From: an uncultured Verrucomicrobiae bacterium | Lineage (GTDB): Bacteria > Verrucomicrobiota > Verrucomicrobiia > Limisphaerales > Palsa-1400 | Direction of reading: 5' to 3' | DNA length: 64,000 nucleotides | Assembly (NCBI GenBank): GCA_963764165.1 | Contig: CAVXRD010000002.1 | Coordinates: forward strand, 3,360,001 to 3,424,000 | Made by a program: the position numbers and the translations under genes | Part shown: in pieces, positions 20,687 to 31,131 of the stretch | Position numbering within the stretch: the first letter of the stretch is position 1 | Layout: each line of letters starts with the position of its first letter | The notes under the pieces: model-generated | Database searches by the model: none | What the model saw: only the letters and a program-made list of their open reading frames with translations | Told to the model about the DNA's origin: nothing

Positions 20687-22015
20687 ATGAATGCGAACGA
20701 AAATTCCAACATGCCGCGCCGCGCGTTTGTCCGCGGCCTGGCCGCCATCGGATTGCTGCCGCTTCTCGAGACCCAAGCCAAAGCGGGCGATCTCGCTGGC
20801 GTGCCCGTCACGGAGATCCCGAAAAAATGGCCAGATGCGGACAGCTCGCATTACTGGCCGTGGATCCGCGGTCAATTTACGATTCCCTCCGACCAAGCTT
20901 ACTTCAACACCGGCACGCTCGGCGCCAGCCCGCGCCCGGTCACGGAAGCGATGGTTGACAGCGTGCGCAACACGGAAAAAACCATCGCCGATTACGATTA
21001 TCGCGCTGAGCATGCGGAATACATCGCCGGTTACCGCTCGCAACTCGATTTGCGCGGAAAAGCGGGCGGCATTATGAACGCTTCCGCCGCCGAGATCGGC
21101 CTGGTGCAGAACGCCACGGTGGCCTTGAATCTCGTTGCGCACGGCCTCGATTTGAAAGCGGGCGACGAAGTGCTGCTCACCGACCAGGAACATCCGGGCG
21201 CGTCGGGCGTTTGGGATTTGCGGGCGAAACACGATGGAATCGTGGTGAAGAAATTGCCGATCACGATTCCCGCCACGGACCCGCAAGCCATCGTCAAAAC
21301 ATTCGCTGATGCCATTGGCCCGAAGACGAAAGTCATCGCCGTGCCGCACGTCACCAGCCGTTATGGAATCGTGCTGCCGGTGAAGGAGCTTTGCGATTTG
21401 GCCAGGGCGCATTCGATTTTCACTTTGATTGACGGCGCGCAAGCCCTTGGCATGTGGCGGGTGAATGTCAAACAAATAGGCTGCGACGCCTACGCCGCCA
21501 GCCCGCACAAATGGCTGCTTGCGCCTCCTGGAAACGGCCTGCTCTTTGTCCGCGAGGATCGCGTCAAGGATGTGTGGGCGACGTTGGCCAGCGGGCATTG
21601 GAACGATTACGATGCGGCAACCGGCACATTCCGCCTGACGCAGTACGGCACCGCCAGCCCCTCGCTTCTCGTGGGACTGGACGCCGCGATGGATTTTTAT
21701 TTGCGCATTGGTCCTGAACGCGTCGAAAAGCGCAGCCTCGAACTGGCCAACCGGCTGCGCGCGGGATTGCAGCAAATCCAAGGAGTGGAAATCGCCTCGC
21801 CCGTTCACCCAGCGCTGGCGGGGGCGATTGTGACTTACGGAATTGACGGCGTTACGGGCCTGGATTTGCAGGACAAACTTTGGGCGCGCAAGCACAAGCG
21901 CATTCGCGTCCGCGGGCAGGGCGGCAAGCTCGTGCGCCAATCGGTGCATTACTACAACAGCCCGGAGGAAATCGACGACACCCTCGAAATGGTGCGGGCA
22001 TTGGCGGTTAAGTAA
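20687..22015 (+). CDS. Tat-exported class V PLP enzyme (isopenicillin N epimerase/cysteine desulfurase-like)
   Basis: PRRAFVR Tat motif; YFNTGTLG, DQEHP, DGAQ, SPHKW (PLP lysine). Confidence 0.85.
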   Translation: MNANENSNMPRRAFVRGLAAIGLLPLLETQAKAGDLAGVPVTEIPKKWPDADSSHYWPWIRGQFTIPSDQAYFNTGTLGASPRPVTEAMVDSVRNTEKTIADYDYRAEHAEYIAGYRSQLDLRGKAGGIMNASAAEIGLVQNATVALNLVAHGLDLKAGDEVLLTDQEHPGASGVWDLRAKHDGIVVKKLPITIPATDPQAIVKTFADAIGPKTKVIAVPHVTSRYGIVLPVKELCDLARAHSIFTLIDGAQALGMWRVNVKQIGCDAYAASPHKWLLAPPGNGLLFVREDRVKDVWATLASGHWNDYDAATGTFRLTQYGTASPSLLVGLDAAMDFYLRIGPERVEKRSLELANRLRAGLQQIQGVEIASPVHPALAGAIVTYGIDGVTGLDLQDKLWARKHKRIRVRGQGGKLVRQSVHYYNSPEEIDDTLEMVRALAVK

Positions 22016-22146
22016 AGTAAACGGCGCTTGCCGTTTTCGCTGAAAAATGCAGCCTGATTGCAAGTATTGACGAGACAGCCCGTATAGGGTGAGCGGGAAA
22101 GCGCGTTGCGCTTGACTAAGTCTCATGAACTCATGCTTGAAACAAT

Positions 22147-22500
22147 ATGAAAACGATTGCGAAATATTCCGCTCTCACCGCCGCCGGTGGCATCCTGCTC
22201 CTGGCGGGCTGCATCGATCACTCCGAGACTGTCACATATAAGGAGCCGGAGCGAATGAAGATCGAATTCCAAAACGAGAAAGCCGGCCGCGTCTTCTACG
22301 AGGCGCTGAGTAAAATGCCTTATTCCGGCGGCACTGAATCACGCACCGAGGTGTCAATCCCGGTGGTCTTCGAACATAAATACGTCGTCAAGACAGGCGA
22401 CAACGCCAAGTTTAACGAAGCCGTCAAACGCTGCGATACCAACAAGGACGGCGTCATCACCGAGGGTGAAGCCGACATTTTTGCAAGCCAGTTTCATTGA
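22147..22500 (+). CDS. Small lipoprotein with a C-terminal EF-hand-like loop
   Basis: Lipobox LLAGC; DTNKDGVITEGE loop. Confidence 0.75.
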   Translation: MKTIAKYSALTAAGGILLLAGCIDHSETVTYKEPERMKIEFQNEKAGRVFYEALSKMPYSGGTESRTEVSIPVVFEHKYVVKTGDNAKFNEAVKRCDTNKDGVITEGEADIFASQFH

Positions 22501-22516
22501 CAGCGTGAGCGCGAAG

Positions 22517-23863
22517 CTATTTGGCGAGGTCAATGCAAACCAATCTGCCTTCGCCGCGCAAGTAGAGTTTTTTGTGCGCTAGAATTGGGGCGGCCCAGCT
22601 TGGGTAGTGCAATTGCGGCAATTGGCAATGGCAGATTTCCTCGGGCTTGGCCGGGCTTGGCTTGAACAATCCGAGAATGCCGCCCTCGCCGAGCGTGATT
22701 AATTTTCCGTCGGCGAGGATGCTCGAGCCGCGCCCGTAAACAGTCGGTGTCAGAGTGCTGTGCGCGGGCCAGCTTTCGTCGACATCCCACATAAGTTTGC
22801 CTGTCTTGAATTCGACGCACCGCATGCGGGCGTCAGGTTCATTGCGACCGCTGCACGCATACAAATAGCCATCCAGGCAAATCGGCGTCGTCCAATGCAA
22901 TTCCATCGCGGTGCCTCGCCAAATCTCCTCGACGGCTTTGCCATCGGGTTTCACTCTCAGAAGCACCGAGCCAATTTTGTAGTAGGCGCCCGAGATAAAA
23001 ATCATGTCATCCACCACGATTGGGGACATCGCATTGACGGATTCGTTGACGGTGGAGCGAAACCAGAAACTGAAATTCACCGCCCCGGTTTTCGGATCCA
23101 CCGAAACAAGTCCCTGGCGCGTCAAACATAAAATCTGCCGCTGCCCGTGAATGGTGGCGGCCACCGGCGTCGAATAACTCGCCTGCTTGTCCCATGCCTT
23201 CCACTGCACTCTCGGTTCGCCTCGCACTCCGGTCATCACCACGCCATCCCAATTGCTCTGGCCCACGCTTTGCCACAGCGTTTTGCCGCTGGCGGGATCA
23301 AACGCCGCCAATCCGGAATTGGGCTGGCCGCCGACCATTACAATAAGCCGGCCATCTTCGAGAACCGGTGAAGTTCCGACACCGAAAAACGCCTCCGGCA
23401 CGTGAAACTCAGGACCGGTGTCGCGTTCCCAGACCTTGTGGCCGCCCGCCAAATCGAGGCAGAGCAATTTTCCCTCCGCGCCAAATGTGAAACAGAAATT
23501 GGAAGTGAGAAGCGGCGAGGATCGTGGCCCGTTGTTGTAGCCGTAGGGATCCGTAAAATGACTCGAATAGCGATAATTCCAAATCATTTTGCCGGAATCG
23601 GCGTCGAGGCACTCGACAATCTCCTCCTCTTCCAGGCGGTGATGCACAACCAGCCGCGAGCCAAGAACCGACGGCGCGCCGTAGCCCGTGCCGAGTGGCT
23701 TGTCCCAAACAACCTTCGGCCCACTCTCGGGCCAGCGATCCACTAAGCCTGTTTCGTCGGAAATTCCATTTGCGTGCGGCCCGAGAAATTGGGCCCAATC
23801 GTCGGAAGCAGAGGCAACACAATTAATGAATAAGAGAAAAGAAAGGGCGGCAAGCCGCGCCAT
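22517..23863 (-). CDS. PQQ-like beta-propeller repeat protein (BamB-like family)
   Basis: Signal peptide; DWAQFLGP; repeated CLDxxxGKxxW units; SYSTP, WAAP. Confidence 0.85.
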   Translation of the reverse strand: MARLAALSFLLFINCVASASDDWAQFLGPHANGISDETGLVDRWPESGPKVVWDKPLGTGYGAPSVLGSRLVVHHRLEEEEIVECLDADSGKMIWNYRYSSHFTDPYGYNNGPRSSPLLTSNFCFTFGAEGKLLCLDLAGGHKVWERDTGPEFHVPEAFFGVGTSPVLEDGRLIVMVGGQPNSGLAAFDPASGKTLWQSVGQSNWDGVVMTGVRGEPRVQWKAWDKQASYSTPVAATIHGQRQILCLTRQGLVSVDPKTGAVNFSFWFRSTVNESVNAMSPIVVDDMIFISGAYYKIGSVLLRVKPDGKAVEEIWRGTAMELHWTTPICLDGYLYACSGRNEPDARMRCVEFKTGKLMWDVDESWPAHSTLTPTVYGRGSSILADGKLITLGEGGILGLFKPSPAKPEEICHCQLPQLHYPSWAAPILAHKKLYLRGEGRLVCIDLAK

Positions 23864-24227
23864 TCGCTCCGGGTGAACTTCTGATTGGGCGCGCCTATGG
23901 AACATCGAGGCAGCCATGAGACGCCCAAAATTTCCTCCAGGCGAGCCAAAACCGACGCGGAATCCGGCCGGAGCTACGGCTGTGTCGAAGACCAGCCGCG
24001 CTTGAATGCGCGCGCACCGGGCTTTTCATCATCACTCTCCCAAATGAGATGTTCATCGAATCACCCTGCGGACAAAATTACATCCAATCGTGTTCGAACT
24101 TGTGTTTTATCCCGCAAATCCTGCTCGACCTATCCGAATGACTTTTGGTTTCTCCCTCCGCGCTTGGGCGCGAGGCGAGTTTAATTTCAACTTGGAACGC
24201 GCCGCGCGGGCAGGTTATGTTCGCACC

Positions 24228-25037
24228 GTGGTCATTGACTTTGTGAAGATGGACGGCGCGGGCAACGATTTCATCATGATCGACAATCGTTCGCGCCAAA
24301 TTCAGTTGCAGCCCGAGCAGGTCGTGCGCTTGTGCGACCGGCACAAGGGAATCGGCGCCGATGGCATTATCATTTTAATTCCCTGCGATTCCGGCAAGGC
24401 GGATTGGGCCTGGGATTTTTACAACAGCGACGGCAGCTCGGCGGAAATGTGCGGCAATGGCTCCCGCTGTTTCGCGCGCTTCATCCAGCGCCTCACCGGC
24501 GTCAGCGGAAAAATCACCTTTGAAACGCGGGCCGGCATCATCACCGCCAACATCCATGGGGAGACCGTCACGGTTTACTTGACTCCGCCGCGCGATTTGA
24601 ATTTGCGCCAGAAAGTCCCGCTGAGCGTGGGTCCCAGCGAAATCCATTCGCTAAACACCGGCGTTCCGCACGCGGTCATGTATGTCCCCGACGCCGACAA
24701 GGCGATGGTGCAGCCGCTCGGCTCGGAAATCCGGCATCACCTGCATTTCGCGCCGCGCGGGACGAATGTGAATTTTGTCCAGCTGCTGGGCCCCGGCCAG
24801 ATCCGCGTGCGCACTTACGAGCGCGGCGTGGAAGGGGAAACGCTCGCCTGCGGCACTGGCGTAACCGCCTCGGCCCTGATCACCGCGGAACTGCGCGGGT
24901 TCGCCTCGCCGGTCAAGGTGCGGGTGCAAAGCGGAGACTCGCTGGAAATTAGTTTTGACAAAAAGGATGGGCAATTCAGCAATGTAGGCTTGTGCGGTCC
25001 GGCGGAATTTGCGTTCGAGGGAAGGGTTGAAGCCTGA
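24228..25037 (+). CDS. dapF: Diaminopimelate epimerase
   Basis: KMDGAGNDF, GIGADG, EMCGNG, TNVNF, ERGVEGETLACGTG; GTG start at 24228. Confidence 0.95.
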   Translation: MVIDFVKMDGAGNDFIMIDNRSRQIQLQPEQVVRLCDRHKGIGADGIIILIPCDSGKADWAWDFYNSDGSSAEMCGNGSRCFARFIQRLTGVSGKITFETRAGIITANIHGETVTVYLTPPRDLNLRQKVPLSVGPSEIHSLNTGVPHAVMYVPDADKAMVQPLGSEIRHHLHFAPRGTNVNFVQLLGPGQIRVRTYERGVEGETLACGTGVTASALITAELRGFASPVKVRVQSGDSLEISFDKKDGQFSNVGLCGPAEFAFEGRVEA

Positions 25038-26296
25038 TGGATCGCCAGTCGAGCCCGTACGCGGTGCTGCGTAACTGGGATTTTCTGTTCTATCTGACGG
25101 GGCGTTTCGTCGCGTCATTTGGGCAGCAAATGCTGACGGTGGCGGTCGGCTGGGAGCTTTACGAGCGAACGCACTCCACCCTCAAGCTCGGCCTGGTCGG
25201 ATTGACCGCCTTCATCCCGATGGTGCTGATGACGATCCCGGCGGGACACGTCGCCGACACGCGGGAGCGAAAAAAAGTCATCGTGTGGATGCAAGCCGTG
25301 ATGGCTTGCACATCTCTTGGCCTGGCGTGGGTTTCGTGGCAGCAGGCTCCCATTATCTGGATTTACGTATTCCTTTCCATTGCTGGCGTTGCGCGAACTT
25401 TTTTGTGGTCGTCCAGCGCTTCCTTTCTGCCGCAACTGGTCGGGCGCGCCGAATTTCCATTGGCGGTAACCTGGTCATCAAGCACGTTTCAGTTTTCGTC
25501 CGTGACGGGCCCCGCGGCTGGCGGAGCCATCATCGCGCTGACGCACAAGGCGCTGGACGTTTATATCTTCACATCCATCGCCGCGGTGATTTGCCTCATC
25601 ATGATCGGGTTGGTGAAAACCCACAGCAAACCGCCTCCGAGAGAGCCAATTTCCCTCGATATGCTGCTGGGCGGATTTCATTTTGTCTTCAGCCACCGAA
25701 TCATTCTGGCCGCAATCACGCTGGATTTGTTCGCGGTGCTGTTCGGCGGCGCGACCGCTCTGTTGCCGGTGTATGCGAAGGAGAAAGATTTGCTCGGCGT
25801 CGGGCCGCAGGGATTGGGATTGCTGCAGGCGGCGCTGCCGGTTGGCTCGATGATATGCGCGATGATCATGGCGCACCGCGCGCCGATGCAGAAGGCGGGC
25901 CGGTCGCTTATGTGGGCGGTCATCGTGTTTGGTTTGGCCACCATTGGATTTGGTTTCTCCCGCTCGTTCCCCCTTTCGCTGGTCATGCTCTTCATTTGCG
26001 GATTTGCCGACAACATCAGCGTCATCGTCCGCCACACGCTCGTGCAACTCCTCACGCCGGATGCGATGCGCGGGCGAGTATCCTCGGTTAACAACCTGTT
26101 TATCGGGACATCGAATGAATTGGGAGGATTCGAGTCCGGCGCGGTGGCGAGCCGATTCGGGCCGGTGTTCTCGGTGGTGTCCGGCGGAATCGCGACCATC
26201 GTCGTAGTTTTGGCGGTAATGGGATTTTGGCCCGAACTGGCGCGATTCGGCCAACTCGTCCAACCGCAGGACGAGAAAGCTGGATTGGGCAAATAG
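25037..26296 (+). CDS. MFS transporter (macrolide/EntS-like efflux family)
   Basis: About 12 TM segments; GHVADTRERK motif A; TPDAMRGRV; start overlaps the dapF stop. Confidence 0.9.
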   Translation: MDRQSSPYAVLRNWDFLFYLTGRFVASFGQQMLTVAVGWELYERTHSTLKLGLVGLTAFIPMVLMTIPAGHVADTRERKKVIVWMQAVMACTSLGLAWVSWQQAPIIWIYVFLSIAGVARTFLWSSSASFLPQLVGRAEFPLAVTWSSSTFQFSSVTGPAAGGAIIALTHKALDVYIFTSIAAVICLIMIGLVKTHSKPPPREPISLDMLLGGFHFVFSHRIILAAITLDLFAVLFGGATALLPVYAKEKDLLGVGPQGLGLLQAALPVGSMICAMIMAHRAPMQKAGRSLMWAVIVFGLATIGFGFSRSFPLSLVMLFICGFADNISVIVRHTLVQLLTPDAMRGRVSSVNNLFIGTSNELGGFESGAVASRFGPVFSVVSGGIATIVVVLAVMGFWPELARFGQLVQPQDEKAGLGK

Positions 26297-26394
26297 TCAC
26301 GCCGGGCAGTGCAGACGCGGGAAAATATTGCAAACCGCCGAAGCGCCGCCAGATTCTCCCATCCGCCGGAACTCTCCGGCTCGATAGCAGCGCT

Positions 26395-26946
26395 CTACTT
26401 CCACTTGATATTGCAACCCATGCTCGGGGTTTGCTTTTCGGAAATTGGTTTGCCTGCCAGAAGCGCGTCGGTGGCCGCGCGAAGATCCTTGCCGGTGACG
26501 GGTGCGCCGTTGCCGGGGCGGGCGTCGTCGAATTGGCCGCGGTAAACGAGCTTTTGGCTGGCGTCGAACAGATAGATATCCGGGGTGCAGGCAGCTTGAT
26601 AAGCCTTGGCCACTTCCTGCGTTTCGTCGTAAAGATACGGGAAGATGTAACCGGCGGCCTTCGATTCCAGCGCCATTTTCGCCGGGCTGTCGTCGGGATA
26701 ATTCACCGCGTCGTTGGCGCTGATGGCGACCACCGCGACGCCGCGCGATTGGTAATCCCTGACATATTGCGACAGACCCGCCCGAATGTGTTTCACGTAC
26801 GGGCAATGGTTGCAAATGAAGAAAACCGCCAGCGCCTTGGCGGATTTGAAATCAGAGAGCGAATAAACCTTGCCGGCCGGATCCGGCAGCCGGAATTCCG
26901 GAGCCGTCGTCCCGAGCGGCAACATGGTGGATGGTGTCAATGCCAT
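26395..26946 (-). CDS. Thioredoxin-fold AhpC/TSA-like protein
   Basis: ICNHCPYV, AACTPD, YRGQFDD, SMGCNIKWK. Confidence 0.9.
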   Translation of the reverse strand: MALTPSTMLPLGTTAPEFRLPDPAGKVYSLSDFKSAKALAVFFICNHCPYVKHIRAGLSQYVRDYQSRGVAVVAISANDAVNYPDDSPAKMALESKAAGYIFPYLYDETQEVAKAYQAACTPDIYLFDASQKLVYRGQFDDARPGNGAPVTGKDLRAATDALLAGKPISEKQTPSMGCNIKWK

Positions 26947-27176
26947 GCCGGAAATGTAATGCGAGATGACCGGCTTTCAAACCAAAAGGGCCAAGGGCTG
27001 GCCACAGATTGACTCAACCGGAACCTTTGATCTTGAACAGGAGGGAGACCGAGAGCGCAGGGAAAGAATGCATTTCTTCTTCCCGACGCTGCTTTTTCAT
27101 CTCCGCGTCCTCGGCCTTCCTCCAGATGCGTCCGCCGTGGCTCGACTCCTTTCCGACCTTGCGCTATGTTTACACG

Positions 27177-27743
27177 GTGCGAGTGGCATTCAAAGAATGG
27201 GCGGTGGTGGTGGACGCGCTGCTGCGCGGCGAGCAGATCGTCATTTTGCGCAAGGGCGGCATCCGCGAAGGGCGCGGCGGGTTTCAAGTGGAACACCCGG
27301 AGTTCCTGCTTTTCCCCACCCTGTTCCATCAGCAGCGCGCTTCCGTCATTGAAAGCGCGCAGAAACGCTACGATGCCATCGCCCCCCATTTTCCACCGCC
27401 GGATTTATTGCGCATCGAGGGGTTTGCCCGTGTCGTTGGAGCGCGTCTGGTGGAATCATTGGCGGCGGCGCAGGAATTGCGCGGCCAGCACATCTGGCGC
27501 GGCGAGGTGATTGCGGACCGGTTTGATTGGGGCGGGGAAAAGCAAATCCACGCCATGGCGGTGCGCGTTTTTCGATTTGACACGCCCTGGACGCTTCCGA
27601 TGCGCCCCGCTTACGGCGGGTGCAAGTCGTGGATTGAGCTGGATGTGGAAATTCCCACGGGGCACTCCACGCCAGTTCTTTCGGACGAAGCGTTTGAACA
27701 AAAATTGGCTCCGTTTCAAAAAGCATTGGAACCAGCCGCATGA
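27177..27743 (+). CDS. DUF1802 family protein
   Basis: AFKEWAVVV...LRKGGIRE, FLLFPT, GGCKSW; GTG start at 27177. Confidence 0.8.
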   Translation: MRVAFKEWAVVVDALLRGEQIVILRKGGIREGRGGFQVEHPEFLLFPTLFHQQRASVIESAQKRYDAIAPHFPPPDLLRIEGFARVVGARLVESLAAAQELRGQHIWRGEVIADRFDWGGEKQIHAMAVRVFRFDTPWTLPMRPAYGGCKSWIELDVEIPTGHSTPVLSDEAFEQKLAPFQKALEPAA

Positions 27744-28330
27744 ATGCCAACACACTCATTCTCGCTTCCGCTTCGCCCCGCCGAAAAGAATTGCTCGAAG
27801 GCTTGGGATTGGAATTTCAAGTCATTCCCACCGGCGTCGAAGAATCGCAGGGCGAACATCTGACCGCCACGGAAACCGCCCAGCTCAACGCCTACCGCAA
27901 AGCCCGCGCCATCGCGAAAAAATATCCCGACGCCGTCGTGCTGGGAGTGGATACCGTAGTGGCGCTCGGCAGCCGGATGTTTGGCAAACCTGCGACTTTG
28001 AAGGACGCCGAGGAAATGATCTTCACATTGCAAGGGACGACGCATCGCGTCGTCAGCGGCGTTTGCCTGGTCCATCTGCGGATGCATCGGCAGAAAATGT
28101 TTTTTGACGAAACCGTCGTCACCTTCCGCGCGCTGACGCGCGAGCAAATTCGCTCCTACATTTCCGAAGTCAATCCGCTGGACAAAGCGGGCGGCTACGG
28201 CATCCAGGAAAAGGGGGATGAGCTGGTGCAAATCATTTCCGGCTCGTTTACCAATGTCGTCGGCATGCCGATGGAACGCCTTGTGCCGGAGCTGGCGGAA
28301 TTCGACATTCACGCGCCCCTGCGTACCTGA
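27740..28330 (+). CDS. maf: Maf family nucleotide pyrophosphatase
   Basis: LILASASPRRKELL, DTVV, GKP, DKAGGYGIQ, NVVGMP. Confidence 0.92.
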   Translation: MNANTLILASASPRRKELLEGLGLEFQVIPTGVEESQGEHLTATETAQLNAYRKARAIAKKYPDAVVLGVDTVVALGSRMFGKPATLKDAEEMIFTLQGTTHRVVSGVCLVHLRMHRQKMFFDETVVTFRALTREQIRSYISEVNPLDKAGGYGIQEKGDELVQIISGSFTNVVGMPMERLVPELAEFDIHAPLRT

Positions 28331-28366
28331 GAACAGCATGACTCCCGCGAGGAAAACCATCCATTC

Positions 28367-28488
28367 CGGCAGGGCGAGACCCGGTCGAGCCCTGATTTTT
28401 TCTCCGCATCCGCGTGAAGCAAATTCGGCATCGAAGAACGCATGATCATCCAAAAAACAGCCACGGCTCGACGGAGTCTCGACCTGCC
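28367..28488. repeat. GTAG/GCAG-type REP doublet
   Basis: cggcagggcgagacccggtcgagcc ... ggctcgacggagtctcgacctgcc. Confidence 0.8.
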
Positions 28489-28504
28489 CCAAAAGGGTTG
28501 AACC

Positions 28505-29305
28505 ATGCGGAAATACTGGCACGTCGTCAAAATCGGCTTTGAAAGCACCCTGGTCTACCGGGTGAATTTTCTTTTTCGCGCCGGCTTCAGCTTGATTCCG
28601 CTGCTGGCCACGATTTACCTCTGGCAAACCATCTACGCCGGGCAAAGCACCCAGGTCGGCAATTACAGCCTGGCGGGAATGATTTCGTATTATCTGCTGG
28701 TGACAATTGTTGACACATTGACGGCGGTGAGCGAGGACGATTGGCAGATCGCGGCCGACATCAAGGATGGCAACATCAGCCAGTTTCTGCTCAAGCCCAT
28801 TGATTACTTGACATACCGCATTTGCCTTTTTTTCTCCGGCAAAATTATTTTCACCGCGGTCTCGATGATTCCCGTCGGGATTTTTATTTATTGCCTGCGC
28901 AAATATCTGGTGGCTCCCGCGGGGATGGTGTCGATGATTTGTTTCATCGCGACGACGATTCTGGCCGCGCTGCTGCAGTTCTTCATGTCCTATACCATGG
29001 CGCTGCTCGCCTTCTGGCTCCTTGAGGTTTCCACCGTGATATTCATCGCATTTGCGTTCGAGTATCTCGCGGGCGGGCATGTGTTCCCGTTGAATATTCT
29101 GCCGCCTCTCATGGAGCAAATTTTGAATTGCACGCCATTTCCGTATCTTTTGTTTTTTCCGGTGAGCATTTACCTGGGGCAGGTTCATGGCGCGGATTTG
29201 TGGCGCGGAATGCTGATTCAAGCGGCATGGGTTCTTTTTTTCTACGGTCTGGCGCGCTGTGTCTGGTCGCGCGGCATCCGCAAGTATTCCGCAGCCGGAG
29301 GGTAA
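28505..29305 (+). CDS. ABC-2 family permease (DUF990-like)
   Basis: About 6 TM; LVYRVNF, IKDGNISQFLLKP, FPLNILP. Confidence 0.85.
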   Translation: MRKYWHVVKIGFESTLVYRVNFLFRAGFSLIPLLATIYLWQTIYAGQSTQVGNYSLAGMISYYLLVTIVDTLTAVSEDDWQIAADIKDGNISQFLLKPIDYLTYRICLFFSGKIIFTAVSMIPVGIFIYCLRKYLVAPAGMVSMICFIATTILAALLQFFMSYTMALLAFWLLEVSTVIFIAFAFEYLAGGHVFPLNILPPLMEQILNCTPFPYLLFFPVSIYLGQVHGADLWRGMLIQAAWVLFFYGLARCVWSRGIRKYSAAGG

Positions 29306-29308
29306 AGC

Positions 29309-30133
29309 ATGACCAACGCAACTGCCAAACAGACTTCGTGGTGGCGGCGTTACGCTGCGATTTACGCGGCGTTATGGCGCAATTCGGTGGCGCGTGAAAT
29401 GGGGTTCAAAAGCAATTTCCTGATGTGGATCATCGTCGAATTGCTCTGGTTTGGCCTTCAGCTTTCATTCATCGGCGTAATTTACCTGCACACCGATCAC
29501 ATCGCGACCTGGTCCAAATGGCAGGTCGTGCTGCTGGTTGGAGCGAGTCATTTCATCCAGCAAATTTTCCAGGCCGTTTTTCTCTCAAACTGTGTGCAGT
29601 TCTCGGATCTGGTTCGCACCGGGCGGCTGGATTTCATGCTTCTGCTGCCGATGAACCCGCGCTTTCTCGTTTCGCTGCGGGTGGTGGATTTGGGAGGATT
29701 CGTCAACGCGGCCTCCGCGCTGGGCGTCATGATTTATGCGGCAGCGCAGCTTCATTTGATTCCGAGCGCGGCGCGCGTTCTCGGATTTTTCCTGCTGTGC
29801 CTCGCCGGCATTCTCATTCACTACTCGCTGATGTTCATGCTCACGAGCATCGCTTTTTGGACGGTTCGGGCGCAGGGAATCGTCTGGGGATACTACAGTT
29901 TTTTCAACATCGCGCGGCTGCCGGACGCGGCGTTCAAAGGAGCATTCAAAGCATTCTTCACCTTCGCCATTCCCATGCTGCTGGTGGCAAATGTTCCCGC
30001 GAAATTGCTGCTGAACGAAATTGCCTCCCCCAAGCCGATGCTGCTGCTGGCGGGGATGGGAGCGGGCTGCTTTGCGCTTTCGGAACTTTTCTGGCGCTGC
30101 TCGCTTCGCAAGTACACCAGCGCGAGCGCGTGA
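29309..30133 (+). CDS. ABC-2 family permease (DUF990-like), second subunit
   Basis: About 6 TM; VRTGRLDFMLLLP, FTFAIP, LRKYTSAS. Confidence 0.85.
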   Translation: MTNATAKQTSWWRRYAAIYAALWRNSVAREMGFKSNFLMWIIVELLWFGLQLSFIGVIYLHTDHIATWSKWQVVLLVGASHFIQQIFQAVFLSNCVQFSDLVRTGRLDFMLLLPMNPRFLVSLRVVDLGGFVNAASALGVMIYAAAQLHLIPSAARVLGFFLLCLAGILIHYSLMFMLTSIAFWTVRAQGIVWGYYSFFNIARLPDAAFKGAFKAFFTFAIPMLLVANVPAKLLLNEIASPKPMLLLAGMGAGCFALSELFWRCSLRKYTSASA

Positions 30134-30333
30134 GGCGCCCACGTTTGGTTCTTCGCTGTTTTGGAGGAGCGCGGATTTGCGCTGTGTTCCTCTGCGCATT
30201 GGTCTTCTCCGCGCGAAAGCTCCTTTCCATCTGAGGCATCAACGATCTGCGCGGTGATCCCATTTAACAAGGCAGCTTTTGCAAACCACGTTCCAAGGCG
30301 GGTTCACCACTCGCCTTTTTCAGCTTTGATTTG

Positions 30334-30362
30334 ATCCGTGTTAGTCTGCGTCCATCTGCGGC
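30334..30362. repeat. Solo arm of the CACAGAT periodic repeat family
   Basis: Reverse complement gccgcagatggacgcagactaacacggat aligns with the left arm at 62349. Confidence 0.65.
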
Positions 30363-30426
30363 TTGGTCCGTCTGCGAGTCCGTTTTGAATTGATCTTCAC
30401 GGCGGGCGGCCTACGCTGATAGGCGC

Positions 30427-31131
30427 ATGTTTGAGCCGAGTGAATTGTTTGATCTCTCCAAGACCGAGCACGCCGCGCTTTTCGCAGATTGCAAGTTTGC
30501 CTGGGACGCCTTGGCGAAAATCGGCCCGTATCTTCAAGAATTTGCGGCGCATAAACTTTTAAACCGCTGCGTGGGCCGCGCCTTTATCGGCGAGAAAGTC
30601 TCCATCGGCGAAGGCACGGTGCTCGAGGATGGCGTTATGATTATCGGCCCGGCAGTCATTGGTCGAAATTGCCAGATTCGGCACAATGCCTACATCCGGC
30701 AAAATGTCATCGTTGGCGATGATTGCGTCGTGGGCAACGCAACGGAATTGAAGAACGCCGTCCTATTCAACAAAGCCCAGGCGCCGCATTTCAATTATAT
30801 CGGCGACTCAATTCTGGGATTCAAAGCGCACCTCGGCGCGGGCGTGAAGATCTCCAATTTCAAACTATTCCCGGGCAACATCACGGTGGAGATCGACGGC
30901 CAGCCGTTCGACACCGGATTGCGAAAATTCGGCGCGATGGTTGGCGACAATTGCGAAGTGGGCTGCAACGCCGTGCTGAGCCCCGGCAGTGTTCTGGGGC
31001 GCGGCTCAGTGGTTTATCCGAACGTGACGTGGCGCGGAGTTTTGGAGGAGCGCATGATTGTCAAGAACAAGGCCGAACAGGAGATCGCGCCCCTGCGCGC
31101 GCGCGGGCCGGTGGCCGGAGAGAAGTCATGA
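30427..31131 (+). CDS. Hexapeptide-repeat (left-handed beta-helix) acyltransferase, GlmU C-terminal-like
   Basis: Hexapeptide repeats; APHFNYIGDSILG, GLRKFGA; no nucleotidyltransferase domain. Confidence 0.85.
   Translation: MFEPSELFDLSKTEHAALFADCKFAWDALAKIGPYLQEFAAHKLLNRCVGRAFIGEKVSIGEGTVLEDGVMIIGPAVIGRNCQIRHNAYIRQNVIVGDDCVVGNATELKNAVLFNKAQAPHFNYIGDSILGFKAHLGAGVKISNFKLFPGNITVEIDGQPFDTGLRKFGAMVGDNCEVGCNAVLSPGSVLGRGSVVYPNVTWRGVLEERMIVKNKAEQEIAPLRARGPVAGEKS

Noticed and set aside
20681..22126. Long antisense ORFs (this one and e.g. 4706-5962, 27716-29221, 47613-49265, 57800-59227)
   Set aside because: Shadow frames of real genes, expected in GC-rich DNA; no recognisable motifs
30723..31127. 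N-terminal extension of the DinG ORF
   Set aside because: It overlaps the acyltransferase gene in another frame; the ATGA-coupled start at 31128 is more plausible
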